DNA of 64,000 bases from an uncultured delta proteobacterium. GTDB lineage: Bacteria > Desulfobacterota > Desulfomonilia > UBA1062. The stretch spans positions 1 to 64,000 of the forward strand of contig CAWAUM010000003.1 of the NCBI GenBank assembly GCA_963785235.1. Reading direction: 5' to 3'. Below are positions 35,276 to 45,039 of this stretch, piece by piece (the first letter of the stretch is position 1; every line of letters begins with the position of its first letter). A program made the translations under genes and the position numbers. Below the pieces are notes generated by a model that worked only from the letters and a program-made list of their open reading frames with translations, had not been told where the DNA came from and searched no databases.

Positions 35276-35932
35276 ATGAAAGACACCCTGATTGCAAGAA
35301 AGAACATGGTTAACGAACAGCTTGTAAGTCGCGGCATCAATGATCAGCGCTTGCTGAATGCCTTCCTGGAGGTACCGAGGCATAAATTCGTGGAGGAATA
35401 TCTCAAATACAAGGCATATGATGACTATCCCCTGTCAATAGGCTACGGTCAGACTATATCCCAGCCCTACATGGTTGCACTCATGACCGAGGCCATCAAT
35501 CCTCAACCGAATGAAAGGATTCTTGAGATAGGCACTGGCTCGGGGTACCAGGCTGCAATTCTCTCTCGCCTCTGCTCAGCGGTTTATACCATCGAGCGCA
35601 TAAGCGCACTGGCGTCCCGTGCCAGAAAGGCCTTGGATGATCTGGGTTACTTCAATGTCCATATCCGTCTTGGCGACGGCACCTTGGGTCTGCCTCAGGA
35701 TGCACCCTATGACGGGATAATTGTCACCGCAGGTGCACCGCATGTTCCTGAGTCCCTCATTGGACAGCTCAGAGAGGATGGCAGGCTCATCATCCCGGTT
35801 GGCGATGAGGGCATCCAGGACTTGAGACGCATCATCAGGACGAAGGATGGCGTCAAGGAGGAATCGCTTGGGGGCTGCAGGTTTGTAAAGCTGATCGGGA
35901 AGAACGGATGGCAAGTCTTAAGTGACAAGTAA
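35276..35932 (+). CDS. pcm: Protein-L-isoaspartate O-methyltransferase
   Basis: VPRH.FV, GQTISQPYMVA, LEIGTGSGYQAA, APYD.I.VTA. Confidence 0.96.
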   Translation: MKDTLIARKNMVNEQLVSRGINDQRLLNAFLEVPRHKFVEEYLKYKAYDDYPLSIGYGQTISQPYMVALMTEAINPQPNERILEIGTGSGYQAAILSRLCSAVYTIERISALASRARKALDDLGYFNVHIRLGDGTLGLPQDAPYDGIIVTAGAPHVPESLIGQLREDGRLIIPVGDEGIQDLRRIIRTKDGVKEESLGGCRFVKLIGKNGWQVLSDK

Positions 35933-35983
35933 ACTGTGGCGGCAAGCAGACCTTACACTACAGTTACATTGATCACTGACACC

Positions 35984-36595
35984 TTACGCATTTCCATCCC
36001 ATATACTGAAGTTCTTGAGGATCTCCAGCCCTGGGTGTCCGCTCTTTTCCGGGTGAAACTGCGTGGCAAAGACATTCCTGCGTGAAACAGCAGAAGAAAA
36101 GGTGATCCCATAGGAGGTCTGAGCAACCACATCGGCCATGTTTGCAGGGTCTGGATAATAGGAGTGCACAAAGTAAAACCAAGCATCGTCATCTATTCCA
36201 TAAAGGAGGGGATGTTCTCTGGTCTTGACAATGGTATTCCATCCCATGTGCGGTATCTTCTCACCCATATCAGGAAATTTTCTGACTGTGCCGGATATAA
36301 TGCCAAGACATGATGCAGAGTCCTCATCACTGGAATCAAAGATAATCTGGGTTCCGAGGCAAATGCCCAGGAAAGGAGTGCCGCGTTCGATCACCTCGTT
36401 TATGACCTTGTCGATTTTGAGTTCGCGAATTGTCTCCATGGCCTTACCGGCAGCTCCAACGCCGGGGAAAATTACCCGCTCGGCATTCAGGATCTCACTG
36501 GGATCGGCAGTGATGGCACAGGAAATATCCAGGTGTTTGAGTGCCCTTTCAACGGATCTTAGGTTGCCGGCTTTATAGTCTATAATGGCGATCAT
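35984..36595 (-). CDS. hisH: Imidazole glycerol phosphate synthase glutaminase subunit
   Basis: DY.AGNL.SV, PGVG, LGICLG, PHMGWN, YFVHSY, QFHPEKS. Confidence 0.96.
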   Translation of the reverse strand: MIAIIDYKAGNLRSVERALKHLDISCAITADPSEILNAERVIFPGVGAAGKAMETIRELKIDKVINEVIERGTPFLGICLGTQIIFDSSDEDSASCLGIISGTVRKFPDMGEKIPHMGWNTIVKTREHPLLYGIDDDAWFYFVHSYYPDPANMADVVAQTSYGITFSSAVSRRNVFATQFHPEKSGHPGLEILKNFSIWDGNA

Positions 36596-36607
36596 GGAAG
36601 ATACATA

Positions 36608-37024
36608 CTACAACGCTATCCAGGCTCCGATATAGGCTATTACCAGCCCTACAAGCAGTGCAACAGATCCGACTTTTGTCCTGGTTTCCGCATTCGTGAG
36701 CAGACTCAGGTAGCCTGTGAACTTATCCTGCTTTTCCTGGGAGGAATTCAGCATGGGCGCAATCATGCGGATAGTGTCGAGGATCTTGGCAAATGTGGTC
36801 TCCTTCACCAGCAACACTAAGCAGCTTGCAATTATGACTATGTACCCGTTGAGCATCATAAAAGTTCCAAGGATAAAGCCGGACACGCCTATCCTATGCT
36901 GGAGATTATCCGTGGGCATCTCAAGATGAATGGGGGCAACTACCTCTTCGTGATGACCCTCACCACATCCAAATATCATCATGGAACCGACTAACAAGAC
37001 CATGAGAAGACCGGCTTTAATCAT
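36608..37024 (-). CDS. Hypothetical membrane protein, possibly a lipoprotein
   Basis: Hydrophobic N-terminus ending IFGC plus two further hydrophobic segments. Confidence 0.55.
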   Translation of the reverse strand: MIKAGLLMVLLVGSMMIFGCGEGHHEEVVAPIHLEMPTDNLQHRIGVSGFILGTFMMLNGYIVIIASCLVLLVKETTFAKILDTIRMIAPMLNSSQEKQDKFTGYLSLLTNAETRTKVGSVALLVGLVIAYIGAWIAL

Positions 37025-37152
37025 CTTCACAAAAAGGCCTCCGAATTCAATTTGATACGCACTATACCTGTAGCTTTTATTTTGTGTCAACTCTCTTTAA
37101 AGTCAAACAGCCCTTTATGCCGAACAAGTAATCAGACCATACCTACAGGAGG

Positions 37153-38535
37153 GTGACCCGCGTGGGTGAATTCGACGATCTTATAGATGAATTTGTAACC
37201 GAATCTAAAGAACATATCGCTGATATTGAGGACGATCTCATAAAGATCGAGGCCGAAATGGAACATGTGGACCCCGAGGTCATTAACCGGGTGTTCAGGG
37301 CGGCCCATTCCATCAAGGGCAGCTCCAAGTTTCTGGACCTCAACAATATCGGAGACCTCGCACACAAGATGGAGGACGTGCTCAACCTTATCCGCTCAGG
37401 GAAACTGGTGCCAACCAGCGATGTAGCCGGGCCCCTGCTTATGGCGGCAGACATGTTGAAGAATATGCTGGAAGACGTGACCACCAGCAATGATATGGAT
37501 ATCTCAGAGCACCTTATTTCGCTCCAGAATATCCTCATCACAGATACTGCCGTTCAGAAGAAACCTCAGAAGACTGAAAAATCCGGCCATTCGGGCGATC
37601 CTCTTTCAGTCTTCGACATAAAGATGGATATCATCAAAACTAAACTCGCCTCGTTTCAAGTCTTTATCCTGACCATAGATACAGCACAGGGAGATATGGA
37701 CCATATCACATCCGAACTCAAGAATTTGGGTGAGGTCATTGCCCAGAAGACTACGGCGGACAATAAACTTCTAATACTTTTTGCCACTATAATGGAGTCC
37801 GACATGGTCCAGCTTGCCTTGGGTCTCGACAAGGATTCGTTCACCCAGGTGACTGAAGGAATGCTCAAACCAAAGACCAGGCAGACACCGCAACCTAAAG
37901 CTGAGGCCCAGGTGAAACCACCACCAAAACCCGCCCCTAAGGCCGCCAAACCATCAACTATAAAACCGATTGTCGTGGAAGAAGCCGAAGATGATGAGCG
38001 TGAATACAGCACGGTATCTTATGATGAGCCTGTGGCCAAACAAATGATCGACTCTCTTAAAAAGGATGTGCAGGCTGCCAAAGAAGAAGAAAACACCTCA
38101 TTTATCACCTTCACCCTCGACAGCGAACTCTATGCCGTGCCCATCCAGACTATCGAGGAAATAATCGGCCTGCAGGAGATAAGCCTGCTGCCCAATGTCC
38201 CGAATTTTATCAAGGGGGTCATTAACCTGCGTGGTGAAATTGTCCCCATCATGGACCTCAGACTCAAGTTCGGACTTGAAGCCAAGGAATATACCCCTTT
38301 CACCGTGTTCCTCATTGTGAGGGTAGACGAACGGCTCATGGGTATGGTGGTTGACAATGTGGCCGATGTACTCGTTATCGAACCGGCCAAGGTCCAGAAG
38401 AAGCCTGCATTCTCAGCCAAGATCTCTACTGATTTTATTAACGGTGTCTATAAGGACACCCAGGAAGACCTGGTGATACTGGTTGATGTTCCTTCCCTTA
38501 TCAAGCCTGAGGAGTGGGATCTGGCCTATATCTGA
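37153..38535 (+). CDS. Chemotaxis protein: CheA-type Hpt (P1) + P2-like region + CheW domain, no kinase domain
   Basis: INRVFRAAHSIKG (Hpt His); Pro/Lys linker; FITFTL..E.YAVPI..I.EI...PNVPNFIKGVINLRGEIVPIMDLR (CheW). Confidence 0.85.
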   Translation: MTRVGEFDDLIDEFVTESKEHIADIEDDLIKIEAEMEHVDPEVINRVFRAAHSIKGSSKFLDLNNIGDLAHKMEDVLNLIRSGKLVPTSDVAGPLLMAADMLKNMLEDVTTSNDMDISEHLISLQNILITDTAVQKKPQKTEKSGHSGDPLSVFDIKMDIIKTKLASFQVFILTIDTAQGDMDHITSELKNLGEVIAQKTTADNKLLILFATIMESDMVQLALGLDKDSFTQVTEGMLKPKTRQTPQPKAEAQVKPPPKPAPKAAKPSTIKPIVVEEAEDDEREYSTVSYDEPVAKQMIDSLKKDVQAAKEEENTSFITFTLDSELYAVPIQTIEEIIGLQEISLLPNVPNFIKGVINLRGEIVPIMDLRLKFGLEAKEYTPFTVFLIVRVDERLMGMVVDNVADVLVIEPAKVQKKPAFSAKISTDFINGVYKDTQEDLVILVDVPSLIKPEEWDLAYI

Positions 38536-38547
38536 TCATCAATGAGA

Positions 38548-39036
38548 TCAATCGTTTTTAGGTAAAATGAATGAGTAGATAAGTAGGCCTACCATACCGC
38601 ATGAGATCCAGGCGTCTGCCATGTTGAAGGTTGGCCACTGAAACCGCCCAATATGAAAGAGTAGGAAATCCACTACCTCTCCCCACAGGAGCCTGTCTGT
38701 AAGGTTTCCCAGGGCGCCTGCTATGATCAAGCTGAAGACAGCCCTGAGTAACCATGAATCCTCACTCATCCTCCAGAAAAGAATAAACATTGCACTGCAT
38801 GCGATTATGGTGATGACTGTAAAAAACAGGGTACGGTACGACTCAGGAAGTCCCTGCAGCATGCCGAAGGCTGCCCCGGTATTCCTTGCGTGGATAATGT
38901 CGAAGAACCCGGGGATCACAGTGAACCCCGAGCCGATCTCCATATGGGTATAGATTAACCATTTGGTCCACTGGTCCAACAGATAACAGGGAAGAGCCAG
39001 GAACCCTATCCATATGGCCATAGTCTTTGTCTTCAT
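38548..39036 (-). CDS. lspA: Lipoprotein signal peptidase II
   Basis: DQWTK, NTGAAFG, GALGNL.DR, VVDF, FNMAD. Confidence 0.96.
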   Translation of the reverse strand: MKTKTMAIWIGFLALPCYLLDQWTKWLIYTHMEIGSGFTVIPGFFDIIHARNTGAAFGMLQGLPESYRTLFFTVITIIACSAMFILFWRMSEDSWLLRAVFSLIIAGALGNLTDRLLWGEVVDFLLFHIGRFQWPTFNMADAWISCGMVGLLIYSFILPKND

Positions 39037-39285
39037 TTCACTTCCTATGCCTGTACGTTTTATTAAGTTTACGATTGTAAGATAGATTATTTAAGTTAGA
39101 CCTCACAAAGCACAAACAACCGTGGCATGCAAGATCAAAGAACTTAATCAAAGGTCTTAAGCCTTATTATTGTGATTCGAATTTGTATCCTGCCTTGAGT
39201 TACGTCTGTTTCATCCGACAAGGTTTTAAGAGTTCTTAAAAACATAGTCATCTGAAGGTATCATTCCATAAAGGAGGTAAGATTC

Positions 39286-40134
39286 ATGAAGGTAGTCAAG
39301 GCAAAGTTAATCTGCATTTTTTCTGTTATCCTGATGTGTTTATTTATGAGCAGCATAGCTCTTGCAGAAAGAACACTGGTAGTTGCGGTCAACGCTAACT
39401 GGCCTCCCATGCAGATGAAAGACAGTAAAGGGAACGTCAGCGGTTACGAAATTGACCTTTTGAAGGCCCTTGCTGCCGAGGCCGGGTTTAAGGTCAAACT
39501 AGTGAATGTTTCATGGAGAAACATCTTTAATGAACTGAGTGCAGGTAAATATGATGCCGTTATGGCCTCTGTAAGCATTACAGATGGGAGAAAGGAGAAG
39601 TTTGACTTTTCCGACCCCTATTTTACAGCCGAACAGATCCTCCTTGTACCCAAGGCAAAGGCAAATGCACAACTTCAAGGCAAGACAATGGCTGTCTTTA
39701 AATTAACAACGGGCGCAGAAGCGGTCAGGAGCACCCAGGGCTGCAATATAACATACTATACGGTAGATGAAAACGAACAAGCTTTCAAGGACTTGTCAAA
39801 GGGCTTTGTTGACGGTGTTCTCTGTGATTCGCCGGTAGCCTATAGTTATGCCGCCAAATACAATGGCAAGTTCGCCCTTAAAGGTGATGCATGTGCACTG
39901 GCAAAAAAATCAGCGAACGAGGATTATGGGATAATGGTCAAGAAAGGCGATACCAAAACCCTTGACCTCATTAACAAAGGCCTCAAAGTGGTGAAAGAAA
40001 AGGGCATTGAGGCAAAAATCAAAGACAAGTGGTTCAAAGAGATCCTCCTTGCCTCCGGAGTGAAAACGCAAGACTCAATGCTGGCTTCCGAAATAATGAC
40101 AGGCGCCCAGAATTCACCGGCGTCTGTTAAATAG
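39286..40134 (+). CDS. Amino acid ABC transporter substrate-binding protein (family 3), orphan
   Basis: Signal peptide; WPP, GYEIDL, ITD.RK..FDFS.PY, YGI.V.KG. Confidence 0.88.
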   Translation: MKVVKAKLICIFSVILMCLFMSSIALAERTLVVAVNANWPPMQMKDSKGNVSGYEIDLLKALAAEAGFKVKLVNVSWRNIFNELSAGKYDAVMASVSITDGRKEKFDFSDPYFTAEQILLVPKAKANAQLQGKTMAVFKLTTGAEAVRSTQGCNITYYTVDENEQAFKDLSKGFVDGVLCDSPVAYSYAAKYNGKFALKGDACALAKKSANEDYGIMVKKGDTKTLDLINKGLKVVKEKGIEAKIKDKWFKEILLASGVKTQDSMLASEIMTGAQNSPASVK

Positions 40135-40165
40135 TCTCGAAGATTATATCAAGTATTCAGTATCG

Positions 40166-40205
40166 AGGGCTTTCTCCTGCTGCTCCGGCCGGAGAAGGCC
40201 CTTTT
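40166..40205 (+). terminator. Rho-independent terminator
   Basis: AGGGCTTTCTCC...GGAGAAGGCCCT followed by TTT. Confidence 0.65.
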
Positions 40206-40279
40206 CTCTATTTTCTTCTCTAAAAAATACTGCCATCCAAAATTAATAAATTCTGGTAAGAGTATCGATAAGAAGTCTT

Positions 40280-41959
40280 ATGAGAATTATCTATCTGACA
40301 GATATCCACGGCGATTTTGAACGGGTGAAGAACCTACTCTCAGAGACGGTAGCACCCCTATATATCCTATCCGGCGACATCATAGACATTCCCTTTTACA
40401 ATATGGAAACCTCTATAAGGTACTATGAACTCCAGTCATACTTCCACGGCCTGAGAATGGGCATGAAAGAGGAAGACAAATTGCTGGAGGACTTTGTAGA
40501 CCAGCTTCTGGAGAGCCCGGATGTCACTGAAGAGATCGAGGAAAAAGGCACCAAATATCAGCAATATACCATCCGGGCCCGCAGGGTGATGCAGCAGAAA
40601 TATAAGGTCCTGCAGAACATCATTTCCATGAAGAAAAAATCGCGCGTCTTGTGCCTGCCCGGGAATTACGACATGGACCTCAAATACACGGCACTGCATG
40701 ACAATGATCTTCATCTGCACTGGTTCAAGCTGGATGACTTGCGCATATGCGGCTATGGAGGCGCAGAGGTCTGGACCCCGGGCATCCCTGAACGGTATAT
40801 TGTAAGGTATCAGGCAGGCATGAACACCTACGGGAAAAGAAACGGGAAGAAAAACGAGATGTACCCGTTTTTCCGGGTGGTAAAACCAGATATCATAGTA
40901 GCTCATCAGCCGGCCTACGGGGTGAACGACAACACAACAGCCGGCGGTGCCTTCGGTTCGCCGGTATTGCGCAGCTACTGTGACGATAACCCGGTCATGC
41001 TCTGCCTGACGGGTCATGCTCATGATTCCTGGGGCGTAGCCTTTCATGAAAACACCTTATATCTCAACCCGTCGAACTTCGGGGAGGTAACCGGACCTAC
41101 AGGGCAAGTAGCTGAGGGCGGTTTCTTCTACCAGATAGAAACCGAGCATCATAAGGTGAAGGGAATCATCTTTAAGAAATTCTACGATGGCAGGATATTC
41201 GACATTGCCGATTACTATCCAGAAGGAAACAAATGGGTAGAGAAGATTATTGACCGCGACCGTTACGATGCACTTAAGAACAGAGAAAACTATGATATGA
41301 AGGATGTCAAGTACTCTCATATCCCCGAGATACAGCTCTTCAAGGAGATCAAACAGTTCTTCAGGATGTTCCAGACCCCCGAGACTGAAGAGCGCGTCGA
41401 CAAGCTTGAGGAGGTGGTACAGCTGCTGGAAGAAAAGATCCCTGGCGACATTGCCATGGATGTCATGGGATCGGTAAACATGGGAACCTCACAGGCCGGA
41501 TCCGATATCGACCTGGTCTTATATCTGAGGTGCGGCCCTTTCTGCACCAAAGGCCACGATGAATGCGAGTTCGCCCAGAATGCGCAATCCATGATCGAGA
41601 AATACCTGGGCCTTGAATATGAGCCGCATTTTCTGGATTGTATCGACCTGGACCAGGTGGAAAAGAGCATCACGGATAAGAACTATGAAAGTGAAACCCT
41701 CCAGCGCTTCGTCGCTTACCGCTCCATCTGCCGCCCCATCAATTATCGAGTCATAGCGCCCATCGAGGACATGCTCAATCAGGACATGATATTTAAAAAA
41801 GAGATTGAAGGGAGCATCCAGTCTTATATACAGATCTTCGCCAATACATCCGAGCACGTAAGGTCGCTCAAAAAGTATGAATCCCGGCTGAACGAATTGG
41901 GGATAAGGGTGCCCGAATCAATCAAACGAACCATTAAGCAATATTTGAACGAAGGCTGA
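40280..41959 (+). CDS. Metallophosphoesterase fused to a C-terminal Pol-beta-type nucleotidyltransferase domain
   Basis: DIHG, GDIID, PGNYD, AHQP, GHAH, NPS calcineurin-like motifs; C-terminal MGSVNMGTSQAGSDIDLVLY (GS-x10-DxD) and a later FLDCID. Confidence 0.8.
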   Translation: MRIIYLTDIHGDFERVKNLLSETVAPLYILSGDIIDIPFYNMETSIRYYELQSYFHGLRMGMKEEDKLLEDFVDQLLESPDVTEEIEEKGTKYQQYTIRARRVMQQKYKVLQNIISMKKKSRVLCLPGNYDMDLKYTALHDNDLHLHWFKLDDLRICGYGGAEVWTPGIPERYIVRYQAGMNTYGKRNGKKNEMYPFFRVVKPDIIVAHQPAYGVNDNTTAGGAFGSPVLRSYCDDNPVMLCLTGHAHDSWGVAFHENTLYLNPSNFGEVTGPTGQVAEGGFFYQIETEHHKVKGIIFKKFYDGRIFDIADYYPEGNKWVEKIIDRDRYDALKNRENYDMKDVKYSHIPEIQLFKEIKQFFRMFQTPETEERVDKLEEVVQLLEEKIPGDIAMDVMGSVNMGTSQAGSDIDLVLYLRCGPFCTKGHDECEFAQNAQSMIEKYLGLEYEPHFLDCIDLDQVEKSITDKNYESETLQRFVAYRSICRPINYRVIAPIEDMLNQDMIFKKEIEGSIQSYIQIFANTSEHVRSLKKYESRLNELGIRVPESIKRTIKQYLNEG

Positions 41960-42030
41960 CCAGAGGATTTACTTTTTCTCCCAATGGAGCTATAGGGATC
42001 TAATGTTCCTATCCATGGCCCCCAAGACCA

Positions 42031-42777
42031 ATGAAAAAGCTCCCTAGGACATTTACAATGAAAAACTATCTTTATAAACTCGTCATATATAATGTTACAG
42101 ACCTCTGCTATAATAACTGTCTGAATTTCTTCCCTTCAGGGTCTCGAATCCTGGACGTAGGTATCGGCAATGGGATGATGCTCCGCAACTACCATGGACT
42201 GATAAAATCCAAGAACTTCTCAATCGTGGGCATCGACATCAACAAAGACTATCTCAGCCATTGCAGCAGTCTTATCAGAGATTGCCGGCTCGAAGACCAC
42301 ATCCGGATTTTTCACGAACCAGTAGAATGCTATGAGCCGCCTGAAGAGGGTTATTTCGATTATATCCTCTTCAGTATGAGCTTCATGCTTTTCAGCGATC
42401 AGGAACTGGTGCTCGACCGTGTAAGGAAATGGCTGAGGCCAGGAGGGAAAATACTCTTTTTCCAGACCATGTTTCACAATCGTTCACTCTTTATGGAGTT
42501 TATCAAACCAAAGCTCAAGTACGTCACCACCGTTGACTTCGGTAGAGTGACCTATGATGAAAGTTTCTTCGACCTGCTCAGAAAAATGAAAATGAACATC
42601 GACGAAGACAGGCTCATCAAAAAAGAATGGTTCAAGGGCGAGTACCGGCTCATCATATCAAGTCCCGGAAACGCAAAGGCAGCCAAGAGCGAACATAAGA
42701 TTACCACCAGGATGAAACCTGCCCTTCTGAACCTTCTCCCGTCCGGAAAGGCAGAAAGGAAATCAAACATCATCTGA
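42031..42777 (+). CDS. Class I SAM-dependent methyltransferase
   Basis: ILDVGIGNG, GIDIN, FDYILFS, LRPGG. Confidence 0.88.
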   Translation: MKKLPRTFTMKNYLYKLVIYNVTDLCYNNCLNFFPSGSRILDVGIGNGMMLRNYHGLIKSKNFSIVGIDINKDYLSHCSSLIRDCRLEDHIRIFHEPVECYEPPEEGYFDYILFSMSFMLFSDQELVLDRVRKWLRPGGKILFFQTMFHNRSLFMEFIKPKLKYVTTVDFGRVTYDESFFDLLRKMKMNIDEDRLIKKEWFKGEYRLIISSPGNAKAAKSEHKITTRMKPALLNLLPSGKAERKSNII

Positions 42778-42784
42778 GATAGAC

Positions 42785-43249
42785 ATGACGCGAGGGATCT
42801 TCAAGAGGTACGTCAGTTCACCCATTATTTCTCTGCTGAAGCAGGGACTCACTCCCCAGATACTGGCGCTGAGCATGACAAGCGGCATCATCATTGGGAT
42901 CATCCCACTTTTGGGTACAACCACGGCCATTTGTACTATGGTGGCAATCGTGTTTCGCATGAACCTCCTTGTGACACAGATTGGCAACTGGCTGGTATAC
43001 CCCATCCAAATCCTGCTTGTAGTGCCCTTTATCATCTTGGGCGAATACCTTTTCGGATCACCATCCACCCTTGACCCATCCCACATAGTAACCTTGCTTC
43101 GCACTGATCTCTTTACAACCCTTCGACTATTCTCAAAAATGATCCTGCACGCGACCATTGCATGGATGGTTTGTGCGCCTTTTGCATTTGCAGCCATTTA
43201 TATTGTGCTCAAAACCCTCTTCCAATTCCTCCATGCCCGTAGGGTATAG
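42785..43249 (+). CDS. DUF2062 membrane protein
   Basis: TP..LALS...G...GIIPL.G.TT..C...A...RMN pattern. Confidence 0.75.
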   Translation: MTRGIFKRYVSSPIISLLKQGLTPQILALSMTSGIIIGIIPLLGTTTAICTMVAIVFRMNLLVTQIGNWLVYPIQILLVVPFIILGEYLFGSPSTLDPSHIVTLLRTDLFTTLRLFSKMILHATIAWMVCAPFAFAAIYIVLKTLFQFLHARRV

Positions 43250-43258
43250 GCCCTGCGT

Positions 43259-43795
43259 ATGAAGCAAAAGGATCGTATTCTGCTCCATGTGTGCTGCGCA
43301 CCCTGCTCTACCGCTGTAGTTGAGAGGCTTCAGAAACAAGGCTATGATATAAAACTCTTCTTCAGCAACTCCAACATCCACCCCCCTGAAGAATTCAACA
43401 AAAGGATTGATGAAGCCCGTAAAATAGCCTTAATGCTGAACCTGGACCTTATTGAAGATGGATACGACCATGATGCCTGGCTGGCTCACATAAAAGGCCT
43501 TGAAGACGAACCCGAACGAGGTAAGCGCTGCCTGAAGTGCTTCGCTTACAGCCTGGATAAAACATGCGTAATGGCACAAAAAATAGGTATACCGGGTTTT
43601 ACTACCACTCTCACGGTGAGCCGGCACAAGTCATCCAGAGACATCTTTTCCATTGGCAGCACCCTGCCGGGTTTCCTGGCTATGGATTTTAAAAAGCAAG
43701 ACGGTTATGCGCGAAGTATTGTTCTTACCAAACAGCTTGAGCTGTATCGTCAGGGATATTGCGGGTGTGAGTTCAGTAAAAGAAGGGCAACATGA
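43259..43795 (+). CDS. queH: Epoxyqueuosine reductase QueH
   Basis: LLHVCCAPCS, NIHP..E, E.GKRC..C, FTTTL, YRQ.YCGCEFS. Confidence 0.93.
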   Translation: MKQKDRILLHVCCAPCSTAVVERLQKQGYDIKLFFSNSNIHPPEEFNKRIDEARKIALMLNLDLIEDGYDHDAWLAHIKGLEDEPERGKRCLKCFAYSLDKTCVMAQKIGIPGFTTTLTVSRHKSSRDIFSIGSTLPGFLAMDFKKQDGYARSIVLTKQLELYRQGYCGCEFSKRRAT

Positions 43796-43878
43796 CCAAT
43801 GCCCTTGCAAGCACGTGGGAACCATCACATAAATAATGAATCCTGATGTACTCTTTTAGATCCTTCTATATAGGGAAC

Positions 43879-44142
43879 TCAATGCACTGTTCCAGACCTT
43901 TCCAGCAGCAAGAAATACACATCATCGAGAGTCTGATCACTGCATAAGTGCACTTTTTCCCTGATATACCCCGCAGTGTCGCTTACGCTCCGTTCAAACC
44001 AGTCATCACATCCCTCCTGGGTGATATCACTCTCGATTAAACCTGCAGATAAGCTCATGTGCTTCATGAACTCCCGGCTGTGGATTCCTGGATTATAAAG
44101 CAACTCCGAGCACAACTCTTTTATGGCCTTAACTTTCTGCAT
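43879..44142 (-). CDS. Hypothetical protein
   Basis: Open frame with RBS GGAGG before ATG 44142; no recognisable motif. Confidence 0.45.
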   Translation of the reverse strand: MQKVKAIKELCSELLYNPGIHSREFMKHMSLSAGLIESDITQEGCDDWFERSVSDTAGYIREKVHLCSDQTLDDVYFLLLERSGTVH

Positions 44143-44410
44143 GTATTCCTCCCTATGATGTCTACGTTGTAGATGAATAGTAATGGACAGGTCGTTCATA
44201 ATGAATTGGCAGACTTCCATTATAGAATTGTATCGGAATGATAAGGTGTTACTTGAGACCTAAACTACCGCTTCGTCACATGATCTTCAATTTATGAATA
44301 ATAATATCTACATGCCAAGATATCTTGATTTAATTAAGTTGATTATCGTTTAACTAAACGTATACAGTAAAGTGCAGTTTATATTCAGGCAAAATCAATT
44401 GGAGACCCGC

Positions 44411-44650
44411 ATGCTTTCCAAGAAAGATTTATTGAAACAATTAATAGGTAAACGTATTGATATAAATCGTGATAAAAATGGCATAGATATCAGTGTCAAC
44501 CTTTCTTTATGTTTCGAAAACAACCCCCATGGGGGTTACTATAGAATATCTGAGGTTGGTGAAGATACGTTTGAGGCACAGTGGAACTGTGAAGGTAGGA
44601 AAACGAAAATTGAAAAATATAATATAGCTGCCTTAAGAAGTATCATTTAA
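44411..44650 (+). CDS. Hypothetical protein (AT-rich)
   Basis: RBS GGAG before ATG 44411; 79 aa. Confidence 0.45.
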   Translation: MLSKKDLLKQLIGKRIDINRDKNGIDISVNLSLCFENNPHGGYYRISEVGEDTFEAQWNCEGRKTKIEKYNIAALRSII

Positions 44651-44772
44651 ATAATGAGCGAAAAGAATCCGGTAGAATTTGGTTTCATCTATATAAATTG
44701 GGGTTTCAGAAATCTGATTCCTCATAGCCAATGCATGTAACTGGTGCTAAATTATTCAAGGAGGCATATCCA

Positions 44773-44997
44773 ATGGCCGGTAAAATATTCTATAGAGAGC
44801 GGACAAAGGCAAAAGAAGGTGAGAAAAAGCCCAGGTTCTATCTGGTTGCCGTAGCTGGGGTGGATCTGAAGTTTCATGCTAAGCATGTACGGAAATCCGA
44901 ACTTGACCGGATTGCAAAAGAACTCGGAGCAGAGCTGATCCTCCTCGAACGTGATGAAGAAGGGAAGTACAGCACTGAAGATGTGGAGATAAAATAG
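44773..44997 (+). CDS. Small conserved-looking protein co-oriented with the Mo-storage homologue
   Basis: RBS AAGGAGG; MAGKIFYRER...KPRF.LVAV...H.RKSEL..IA...GAEL..L; ends 42 nt before the next gene. Confidence 0.75.
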   Translation: MAGKIFYRERTKAKEGEKKPRFYLVAVAGVDLKFHAKHVRKSELDRIAKELGAELILLERDEEGKYSTEDVEIK

Positions 44998-45039
44998 CCT
45001 GTCTGCCTCCGCAAACCATCACTTAAGAAAGGTGAATGC

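Noticed and set aside
40280-41959. CBASS/CD-NTase or MNT-HEPN assignment for the NTase domain
   Set aside because: No effector, Cap2/3 or HEPN neighbour and a housekeeping-like context; kept only as an unassigned fusion.
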